Of a stretch of DNA of 64,000 nt, positions 9,104 through 16,968 are shown in pieces; positions within the stretch are counted from its first letter, which is position 1, and each line of letters begins with the position of its first letter. The translations under genes were made by a program, and so were the position numbers. Origin of the DNA: Crocinitomicaceae bacterium (lineage in GTDB: Bacteria > Bacteroidota > Bacteroidia > Flavobacteriales_D > Crocinitomicaceae); the NCBI GenBank assembly GCA_021740745.1, contig JAIOZF010000004.1:3879-67878 (forward strand). Reading direction: 5' to 3'. The notes under the pieces are model-generated. The model did no database searches, was not told the origin of the DNA, and was given only the letters and a program-made list of their open reading frames with translations.

Positions 9104-11362
9104 ATGAGTAAATTATGGACAATTATTTTTCTCTGTATTTCGCTTAGTGCATTGGCGCAACGCGGTGCAAATCCGGAAGTAATTTCTTCTTCTAAAAGCA
9201 CTACAGGAACAACTTATGCGCTCGTAATGGGTGTCTCTAAATACGAAAATCCCAATATTCCAGAATTAAAATATGCTGACATAGATGCACTCGTTTTTAG
9301 AGAATACCTTCTTTCTACAGGTATTAAAGAGGAAAATGTATACACATTGATAAATGAAAATGCCAAGAATGCCTCATTTTGGAGTACATTAAATTATTTG
9401 TCTGATCAGGTTAAAGAAGGTGATGTCGTCTACATTTACTTTAGTGGGCATGGAGATGTGGAAAGCAAAACAATCGTTCAAGATGCATACCTACTTCCCT
9501 ATGATTCGCCCTATACTGTTTATCCAATGGGCGCTATTGGTATCATTTATTTAAAAAGTTGGATTTCAACATTTTCGTCAAAAGGTGTTCAAACTATTTT
9601 TATTGCTGATGCATGTAAAAGTGGAAATTTGATTGGTGGACGAGAGGGAATGGAAGCGACGGCCAATATTCTAAAAGATAAATGGCAGGATGAGATAAAG
9701 ATTGTTTCATGCCAACCTGGTGAACTTTCACTTGAAGGTGAACAATGGGGAGGCGGCAGGGGCTTGTTCTCGTATGAACTTATCAATGGTTTATCAGGTC
9801 TTGCTGATAAAAATAAAGATGATGAGGTAACTTTGCGTGAGCTAAACCTTTATCTATTAGAAAAAGTACCTGAACAATCAGGAAGGAATCCACAAAATCC
9901 AATGCTAATTGGAAATTATGAGGCAACAATTGCATTTTCCAATAAGCAATTTATCGATCAAAATAGCGATTCAAAGGATCTAAAAATAACTTCAGATAAA
10001 AATAATGCCGATGCACTCGCCGTAAAAGGTATTCTGAACTCGAATGCACTGAGAAGTGCAAACGATATTGTTTATCAGAGTAGCGATAACCAATCCATGA
10101 AACTATACAACGAATTCAATGGATTGTTAAAGGAAGGTAAATTAATCTCCTACTACCCACCAAGTGCCTATTCCATTTATCAAGATCTTGAAAAATTAAA
10201 TGGTGATCCTAAGCTCGTCGAATCAGCGAAACTATTATTATCTGAGCGCATAATGCAGGATATTCAGAAATTTGTTCGATTCATAATTGGTGATATTGGT
10301 GAGAATGAACATGGTCCACTTCAAATAATTAATATCAGCTTGGAGGCAACCATTTTACGGGAAATGATTGGCGATAAAAAATTGATCGAAAGTGGCAATT
10401 TTGCAAGGGTTCTATTTTCCGAGGCCTGCCGGTCACTGCATAAGTTCGTCAAAGATGATGATTTGCTTATGCCTAAGGAGCTTGCAATAATGAAATTAGA
10501 CACTGCTTTATCTATGGACAAAGGTGCAGTTTATGTGAATTGTTTGAAAGGAATGATTTTCGAATTTGAATTTTACAATGAAGAGATTGCACTGAACGAA
10601 TACAAAATAGCAGTGGCCAATAATCCCAATTTCAGGATTGCAAGAAATATGCTTTTAATGCGTTTCGCGGAAAACAAAGATTACGCTTCTATCCTTGACT
10701 ATACGAAAGATCAACGGAATAATTTACTGAATATTCTCTATTCCTGCATCGCATTTAAAAATCTAAACATGAACGATTCAGCAAAAGTATATCTTGCAAA
10801 AATTCAATCAAGGACTCATATACCAGCGGATCCCAGAAAAGAATTCGAAACTTGCTCAGAAACTGGTGACTTCTTAATTAACGAGAGAGATCTGGAAAAT
10901 GCAAAATACTATTTTGAAAAAGCATTAAAAAGTCTTGAACGCTGCTGTGGAGTTAATGAAGAAGATTTATCTTATTATTTTGAAAACGTTGCGTTGTTAA
11001 ATTACAATTTAGCATGTCTGTATTCACTATTATTGGACGTGGATAAATCCTTATTCCACTTAGAAAAATGTCTAGCAGCAGGATGGACAGATATTGCTTG
11101 GTTAATGAAAGATGAAGATCTTAATTTCATTAGAAAATCAAAGAAATTCACCCTATTTTTTGATAAAAACCCAAATGCATCTTATAATTTAGCCTGTTTT
11201 TATGCTCTATCAGGACAACAAAAAGAAGCATTGAAACAACTAGAAAAGGCTTTTTCTGCAGGCTGGTCAGATTTTGATTGGTTAGAAAAAGATTCTGATC
11301 TAGCAACGATTAAAGAAACAAAGAAGTTCAAAGCTTTATTGAAGAAATATCGCAAAAAGTAA
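9104..11362 (+). CDS. secreted caspase-family (peptidase C14) protein with TPR-like C-terminal region
   Basis: Signal peptide MSKLWTIIFLCISLSALAQ. Caspase His (YIYFSGHGD, codon 9449-9451) and Cys (IADACKSG, codon 9614-9616). The C-terminus has helical repeats ending in two copies of YNLAC.Y(A/S)L...L.(K/A)....GW.D..WL.KD.DL (about 11003-11160 and 11183-11359). Confidence 0.8.
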   Translation: MSKLWTIIFLCISLSALAQRGANPEVISSSKSTTGTTYALVMGVSKYENPNIPELKYADIDALVFREYLLSTGIKEENVYTLINENAKNASFWSTLNYLSDQVKEGDVVYIYFSGHGDVESKTIVQDAYLLPYDSPYTVYPMGAIGIIYLKSWISTFSSKGVQTIFIADACKSGNLIGGREGMEATANILKDKWQDEIKIVSCQPGELSLEGEQWGGGRGLFSYELINGLSGLADKNKDDEVTLRELNLYLLEKVPEQSGRNPQNPMLIGNYEATIAFSNKQFIDQNSDSKDLKITSDKNNADALAVKGILNSNALRSANDIVYQSSDNQSMKLYNEFNGLLKEGKLISYYPPSAYSIYQDLEKLNGDPKLVESAKLLLSERIMQDIQKFVRFIIGDIGENEHGPLQIINISLEATILREMIGDKKLIESGNFARVLFSEACRSLHKFVKDDDLLMPKELAIMKLDTALSMDKGAVYVNCLKGMIFEFEFYNEEIALNEYKIAVANNPNFRIARNMLLMRFAENKDYASILDYTKDQRNNLLNILYSCIAFKNLNMNDSAKVYLAKIQSRTHIPADPRKEFETCSETGDFLINERDLENAKYYFEKALKSLERCCGVNEEDLSYYFENVALLNYNLACLYSLLLDVDKSLFHLEKCLAAGWTDIAWLMKDEDLNFIRKSKKFTLFFDKNPNASYNLACFYALSGQQKEALKQLEKAFSAGWSDFDWLEKDSDLATIKETKKFKALLKKYRKK

Positions 11363-11447
11363 ACATACAAACTCAAAGGAAATAAATAAGTAATATAGAA
11401 AATTCCCTATTTTTAACTTTATTCAACGCTAAAACTTTATTTAGAGA

Positions 11448-11948
11448 ATGACCTATTTGGAAATACTATTTTATACTGTTTTAATCCTAATTAGTGTTTT
11501 AGTTGCTTACTTGGTGCTAATTATCGCTTTGATGGGAATGGGACTTAATAATAAATTCGCTCCTCCGGCAAAGCAAACAAACATGCATGAACGAATTTTT
11601 AATAGAGTCGTAGGTGTTCTTATGCGTTATGCAAAATTCTTTAAAATAAGTTATTACGAAATCAATATCATTGTCTATTATTTCCTAGTCCCATTCAGTT
11701 GGCTAGTATTAATCGATTGGATTTTTAACTTTCATTATCTGAAAATCGGCTTTATCCTTTTTTGCATCGGATTTGCTTTCCTTTGTAAGGATTTTAGCTC
11801 CTTTTCAATTCGGCTCTATAAACAATCAGTCGATTTCCTCAATTATTTCAATCGCTTCGGTAGTAATTATGTTGCCTCATCTGTATGGATCTGCGTTGTT
11901 GTTCCCGTTCTTATCTATTCGACGTTGATTTACTTTGTGATATATTAA
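11448..11948 (+). CDS. hypothetical polytopic membrane protein
   Basis: 166 aa with about 4 hydrophobic helices. No family recognised. Confidence 0.35.
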   Translation: MTYLEILFYTVLILISVLVAYLVLIIALMGMGLNNKFAPPAKQTNMHERIFNRVVGVLMRYAKFFKISYYEINIIVYYFLVPFSWLVLIDWIFNFHYLKIGFILFCIGFAFLCKDFSSFSIRLYKQSVDFLNYFNRFGSNYVASSVWICVVVPVLIYSTLIYFVIY

Positions 11949-11978
11949 TAATTTACATGTTTACATTGAGTTAAGTTA

Positions 11979-12932
11979 ATGATGCATTCATCAGAAAACA
12001 TTAACTTTAAAACAATGGGATTATTAATTACCGTATATGGGTTTGGAGAAGTAGGCAGCTTGGTAGCTGCACTCATCAATTCTAATTTTTCCAACTGCAC
12101 CTTGAATGTAATGAATACCAAAGAACAAGTGAGCGGCAGAATTCTTGATCTTCAGCATGCAGCAGCTTGCAACAACAATCAAGTAATACACAATTCACAG
12201 TCTAGCATTCCTCTTTCAGATTTTATAATTTACGCGGCAGGTTTCAGTAATGCACACGGTGAAAGCAGAAATTCAGTTGCCTTGAAAAATAAACAACTGG
12301 TTTATAAACTGTTTTCTAAGATTTCTTTTACTTCGAAAATAAAAATAATTGCTATCACCAATCCCGTTGATCCAATTTCGTATTGGATTCATGATGCTGT
12401 CAAAGGGAAAGCGACCGTAATTGGAACGGGGACAGCCTTAGACACATTTCGATTAAAACACATATTAAGTGATCATTTTCTAACAAAACTAGCGAACGTA
12501 ACTGCTAAAGTCATTGGAGAACATGGCCAGCATATGATTCCTCTTTTCTCTCAGAGTAAAATTGAAGACAAATACCTTATTGATGTTACCAATGATGATG
12601 AACTAAAAGCAATTGAAGAAAAATTGGTCAAATCTGCCTTCGAAATTAGACAAACAGAAGAGGCTACAAAATACGGAATCGCTCAAACTTGTCTAGAACT
12701 GATTCAAGCATTTTTATCGGAAAAACCAATATATTTACCCGTATCAATTGGCATAACCGAAGAATTGCGAAGAGAATTTGAATGTAAATTGCCTCTTTTT
12801 ATTAGCCTCGATTGCGTAATCTCCCAAGAGGGTATTAAAATCTCAAGCTTAAAGTGTTCATCTAAAGAACGATTTAACCTGAAATTAGCAGCAAATGCAA
12901 TCGAAGAAATAATTTTGACTACTAGCGAATAA
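11979..12932 (+). CDS. L-lactate/malate dehydrogenase family protein (divergent)
   Basis: Motifs GFGEVGS (GxGxxG), AHGESR (Arg109 loop), ITNPVD, LDTFRLKH (Asp168/Arg171) and IGEHGQH (catalytic His). ATG at 12015 (MGLLITVYGFG) is an alternative start. Confidence 0.75.
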   Translation: MMHSSENINFKTMGLLITVYGFGEVGSLVAALINSNFSNCTLNVMNTKEQVSGRILDLQHAAACNNNQVIHNSQSSIPLSDFIIYAAGFSNAHGESRNSVALKNKQLVYKLFSKISFTSKIKIIAITNPVDPISYWIHDAVKGKATVIGTGTALDTFRLKHILSDHFLTKLANVTAKVIGEHGQHMIPLFSQSKIEDKYLIDVTNDDELKAIEEKLVKSAFEIRQTEEATKYGIAQTCLELIQAFLSEKPIYLPVSIGITEELRREFECKLPLFISLDCVISQEGIKISSLKCSSKERFNLKLAANAIEEIILTTSE

Positions 12933-14766
12933 CAGTTACAAAACCATGGTATTCTTCTCTTCCAGAATAAGCTGGTTTGAAATAGACAAGGTATGTATAA
13001 ACGCCGTCTTGAACGTCTTGACCTGATTTAGAATCTATTCCATCCCAAGTAACATTGTTTGGTCCAAATGTATGAACAAGATTGCCCCAACGATTAAAAA
13101 TATAACCCTCTTCAACCATTCCTCCTTGGAAAACAATAGCGAACGTATCGTTAATTAAATCATTGTTCGGAGTAAAAACGTTTGGAATAAATATAACCGG
13201 GGGCTCAATAATGCAATTTTGAAAATCAACTTCAATGGTATGGTTATAAAAACATCCGTCTGCTGTTTGCTCTTGTTGAGAATATAGACCATCGTTAAAA
13301 ATCCACTGATTAAAAACGAACGTAGAATCAAATTCACACAATGTTCGCGTCTCAAAAATATCCTCTGCAACGTAAATAGCTAAATTAATAATATGAGTAC
13401 TATCACAGCCACTTATATCCGTGTATCCCATTGAAAATTGACCTTCACTATTCTCCCAATTTCCAAAAATAAGACTCGAATCCCCTGGACAAATATTTCT
13501 TGTTTCATTAGTGATTTGAGGCGTGCATCCCTCGGTAACTAATATGGTAATGCAATCTTGATCAGCACATGCACCTGCACCTAATGAATAACAAATACTC
13601 CATGAACCTATTCCTGCAATTTGCGGATTAAACACACCTGAAGCGCTTAAACACGTCCCACAATCTGATGTCCAAGTACCTCCATTATTTATCGCTACAA
13701 TTTGTTGCGTTACATCTGTATTTGTGAAAGGTCCAGCAGGATTAATACTAGCATTTGCTTGAGAAGAACCTGCAGTGATTGTAATCGTTTCTGTCACAGA
13801 ACAACCATTTGCAGTAGTAACTTCAACAGAGTAAACACCTGGACAAACATTCGATATACTGGAGGTAATAGATCCGTTCGACCATAAATAAGTATAGGGT
13901 GCTTGACCATTAACAGGAGTTGCAAAAGCTGATCCATCACATGCATTCTCACATGTTTCTCCAACTGAACTCAAGTTAAGCTCAAATGGATTTGGGGCAC
14001 ATTGAGGATTCATTGCACCTATCCATGCGATATTTGCAGCGTTATTGGGGTATCCTGGAGTTTCATTCACAAAAACATCACCACTCGCCCAATTTGCTTG
14101 TGAAGTCCAAACATTTGAGACTGTATTTACAAAAGAGAATACTTTATCCGCTGCTGAACCACTAAAATAGATTCCTGTACCATTCGTGTTGTTTCCCCAA
14201 CTAACCGAATGATTTGGAATTCCTGTAATTATATTAGGTAGTTGAAAAGAATCATTCGTATTACTCATTGCTAAGGGATTCCAACTTCCTCCTGCAACCC
14301 AAGATGCATCAGGCGGATAAGACGAATTTGTTGTAGAAGGACTAACTGTTGTTTTTTCTAATAAGGTTGATGAAGAAGGAATGATTAATGTGCAATTTCC
14401 GTCCGTTAACGAAAGATCATCTGAAGGAACACCAGGATTCGTACTGCCATCATTGTATATTAAAATGAGTGTACCTTGAGGAACACATTGCCAAAAGGAA
14501 ATATTTGCGAAGCGCACAGCCCCACCGGCAATTCCGGTTCCTGCACCAGTTGCAAAATAACCATTGTTGTCATCAATAATGACTTTTCTTAAGTCCAAAC
14601 AGGGAACAGGCGTTATACAAGTAGCATTTCCAGCAACGACAAATTCAACGTATTCACTAGATCCAGGGCCTTGAGATACCTCGTTGATCATTAATTGCTG
14701 GGTGAAAACTGGGGAAGAAATAAGAAGTGCTAAAAACGCCGCTATATATCTAAACATTTGGATCAT
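12922..14766 (-). CDS. T9SS type B sorting-domain protein with lamin-tail-like N-terminal domain
   Basis: Signal peptide, then an LTD-like start (LMINEVSQGPGSSEYVEFVV...). One SprB-like Cys repeat (GETCENACDGSAFATPVNGQAPYTYLWSNG...). C-terminal gliding-motility-type CTD (IFIPNVFTPNNDLINDTF...FNRWGNLV...WDG...GVYTYLV...FVTVIR), about 12925-13200. Confidence 0.8.
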   Translation of the reverse strand: MIQMFRYIAAFLALLISSPVFTQQLMINEVSQGPGSSEYVEFVVAGNATCITPVPCLDLRKVIIDDNNGYFATGAGTGIAGGAVRFANISFWQCVPQGTLILIYNDGSTNPGVPSDDLSLTDGNCTLIIPSSSTLLEKTTVSPSTTNSSYPPDASWVAGGSWNPLAMSNTNDSFQLPNIITGIPNHSVSWGNNTNGTGIYFSGSAADKVFSFVNTVSNVWTSQANWASGDVFVNETPGYPNNAANIAWIGAMNPQCAPNPFELNLSSVGETCENACDGSAFATPVNGQAPYTYLWSNGSITSSISNVCPGVYSVEVTTANGCSVTETITITAGSSQANASINPAGPFTNTDVTQQIVAINNGGTWTSDCGTCLSASGVFNPQIAGIGSWSICYSLGAGACADQDCITILVTEGCTPQITNETRNICPGDSSLIFGNWENSEGQFSMGYTDISGCDSTHIINLAIYVAEDIFETRTLCEFDSTFVFNQWIFNDGLYSQQEQTADGCFYNHTIEVDFQNCIIEPPVIFIPNVFTPNNDLINDTFAIVFQGGMVEEGYIFNRWGNLVHTFGPNNVTWDGIDSKSGQDVQDGVYTYLVYFKPAYSGREEYHGFVTVIR

Positions 14767-14844
14767 TCAAACATTCGCTTTACAATTGGTTTCGATTCAA
14801 AACATTTTGTTCAATCTCAAGGATGTCAATCGTAAAATTCAGTA

Positions 14845-14852
14845 CAAAGGTA
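14845..14852 (-). promoter_or_regulatory. -7 box TACCTTTG upstream of the 614-aa T9SS type B gene
   Basis: Exact TAnnTTTG match on the minus strand, about 78 nt before the ATG at 14766. Confidence 0.35.
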
Positions 14853-14905
14853 CGCTAAGAAATCAACGCTTTCAATAAATTACGTTAAGGTTTTATAAAT
14901 AATTT

Positions 14906-15721
14906 CTACCATTTGATGTGCACAGCATCAACAGGCCCATTATAAAAGACACTCGCCTTTTCATTAAATACATGCGTGTTTTCACTTGTTAAAAATTGTA
15001 AGGAGCCATTTTTAGAACATTCCATTTCCATTTCAGGATGTCTTATCAAATAATCGCTTAAACTTTCAGCTACGATTTTACCTTGTGAAATAACAGAAAT
15101 ATGATTTGGAAGAATAGACTCTAAGTAGGATTTTACCAATGGATAATGTGTGCATCCAAGCAAGATTGTATCAATCGCAGGATCCTTTTCTAACAAACTC
15201 TTCACATCCTCTTGAATAAAAAGCTTCCCAGCCTCTGAGTCATGGCGATTATTCTCAATAATTGGAACCCACATGGGGCAGCTTTGTTGATGAATAGTAA
15301 CTTCCGGAGAGAATTTCTCAAGTTCCAACACATATGAATTGGATTTAACCGTTCCTTCTGTTGCTAAAATACCAACATGTTTACTTTTTGTTAATGATCC
15401 TAAAACCTCGGCACTTGGGCGAATAACTCCTAAAACTCTCTTATTAGGTGCGATTTGAGGTAAATCGTTTTGTTGAATGGTTCTTAATGCTTTGGCCGAA
15501 GCAGTATTACAAGCAAGTATAACTAAAGAACAACCTCTATCGAAAAGTTCTTGCACAGCCTCCAATGTGTAGTCATATACTACATCAAATGACCTTGTTC
15601 CATATGGCGCACGGGCATTGTCACCCAAATACAAATAATCGTATTGAGGCAAGCTCGCTCGAATATCTGCAAGAACAGTTAATCCGCCATATCCAGAATC
15701 AAAAACACCTATTGGTCCCAT
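14906..15721 (-). CDS. murI: glutamate racemase
   Basis: 271 aa. Motifs IGVFDSGYGGLTV, ILACNTAS and LGCTHYP (the two catalytic Cys motifs). Confidence 0.92.
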   Translation of the reverse strand: MGPIGVFDSGYGGLTVLADIRASLPQYDYLYLGDNARAPYGTRSFDVVYDYTLEAVQELFDRGCSLVILACNTASAKALRTIQQNDLPQIAPNKRVLGVIRPSAEVLGSLTKSKHVGILATEGTVKSNSYVLELEKFSPEVTIHQQSCPMWVPIIENNRHDSEAGKLFIQEDVKSLLEKDPAIDTILLGCTHYPLVKSYLESILPNHISVISQGKIVAESLSDYLIRHPEMEMECSKNGSLQFLTSENTHVFNEKASVFYNGPVDAVHIKW

Positions 15722-15726
15722 AGAAT

Positions 15727-15734
15727 CAAAACTA
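15727..15734 (-). promoter_or_regulatory. -7 box TAGTTTTG immediately upstream of murI
   Basis: Exact TAnnTTTG match on the minus strand, 5 nt before the ATG at 15721. It directly abuts the upstream terminator T-run. Confidence 0.5.
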
Positions 15735-15735
15735 C

Positions 15736-15771
15736 AAAAAAAAAGGCGACTACTTTCGTAATCGCCTTTTT
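15736..15771 (-). terminator. rho-independent terminator after the bamA-skp-skp unit
   Basis: Hairpin AGGCGA-c-TAC/tttc/GTA-a-TCGCCT, followed on the minus strand by a T9 run (15744-15736). Confidence 0.7.
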
Positions 15772-15788
15772 CGTATTCAATAAATGAA

Positions 15789-16304
15789 TTATTTTTTCAT
15801 TGCTTCAGCATCCATTCTCAACAATTCAGTTAGAACTTCAGCTGTGATATCTGTACCCCCTTTAAAGTAAAGTGTTACTGATTCATCAATTACATAGTTC
15901 AATTTTTTTCTTTCAGAAACGATTTCTACTGCTTTTTGAACACGATCCAAAATTGGTTTGTTCAATTCATTGCTGTAGATTTGCATTTCTTGTTGAAGAG
16001 ATTGTTGTCTTTCTTGAAACGCTTGTTCTTTTTTCATGATTTTTTCCTGCTCAATTTTTTGAATAACAGGAGACATACTCGCTTGTGTTTGATCGTATTT
16101 AGCATAAACAGCTTCTAGATCTTTTTGCATTTCACCCAATTCTTGCATTCCACTTGCTTCAAAATCTTTTAATTGAGTGATTGCTGCTTTACGTGATGGA
16201 AGGGTATCCAACAACTTTTGTGAATTTACGTGACCAACTTTTGATTGCGCATTTAACGCTCCGGCACTTAAAACGACCAACAAGGCCAACATTAATTTTC
16301 TCAT
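15789..16304 (-). CDS. OmpH/Skp family periplasmic chaperone
   Basis: 171 aa. Signal peptide plus a Q/E/K-rich coiled body (KVGHVNSQKLLDTLP...). Lies downstream of bamA. Confidence 0.85.
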   Translation of the reverse strand: MRKLMLALLVVLSAGALNAQSKVGHVNSQKLLDTLPSRKAAITQLKDFEASGMQELGEMQKDLEAVYAKYDQTQASMSPVIQKIEQEKIMKKEQAFQERQQSLQQEMQIYSNELNKPILDRVQKAVEIVSERKKLNYVIDESVTLYFKGGTDITAEVLTELLRMDAEAMKK

Positions 16305-16326
16305 TTTTATCCTTTTTTTTATTTTA

Positions 16327-16842
16327 CTATTTACCAGTGATTCCCATTTCTTTCAAAACTTCATCGCTGATGTCAAACTTGCTATCGGCATAGACCAAAT
16401 TACTTTGATTGGCTTTATCGAATACAAAACTGTAATTTCTTTTTGAAGATACTTTCTGCATAGCATCAAATACTTTGTCTTGAATTGGCTTGATTAATTC
16501 CTGTCTTTTTTGGAAATAATCTCCGCTTACACCAAAACGCAATTTTTGCATTTGCATCGCTTCGCTTTCAAGGCGCTCAATTTCTTCTTTTCTTTTCAGT
16601 TTTTCCTCTTCTGGGAGAAGTACTTCTTCACGTGCAAAATTGTCTTTTTTTACTTTAAGGACTTCGTAGCGCTCTTCTATTTCCTTTGTCCAACGTTCTG
16701 CAAGTTTATCAAGCTTCTCTTTAGCCTCTGCGTACTCTGGCACGTTTGCCATAATATAATCAGAATCTATATAACCGTACTTCTGGCCGAAGGCAAACGA
16801 CGTGCCAAACATCACAAGTAATACAAATAACATCTTTTTCAT
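16327..16842 (-). CDS. OmpH/Skp family periplasmic chaperone (second copy)
   Basis: 171 aa. Signal peptide, YGYIDSDYIMANVPEY start and a coiled-coil E/K-rich body. Tandem with the first copy. Confidence 0.85.
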   Translation of the reverse strand: MKKMLFVLLVMFGTSFAFGQKYGYIDSDYIMANVPEYAEAKEKLDKLAERWTKEIEERYEVLKVKKDNFAREEVLLPEEEKLKRKEEIERLESEAMQMQKLRFGVSGDYFQKRQELIKPIQDKVFDAMQKVSSKRNYSFVFDKANQSNLVYADSKFDISDEVLKEMGITGK

Positions 16843-16968
16843 TCAACTCATTTTTGTTTTCACATCTCATCTGCAACAGCGCTTCTTTTAACTATAAAAT
16901 AAAGCTATGTTACATTTAATTCTTCTGCGAAACGACCAAATTAAACAATTTATTGCGTTTGAAGTGCA

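Noticed and set aside
9104-12932. The caspase-family gene plus neighbours as a gasdermin-like or CHAT-type defence module.
   Set aside because: The protease carries a secretion signal. The adjacent 166-aa protein is a plain 4-TM membrane protein with no gasdermin-like features. No NTPase, nuclease, CRISPR or other defence-type partner is nearby. The flanks are housekeeping-type genes.
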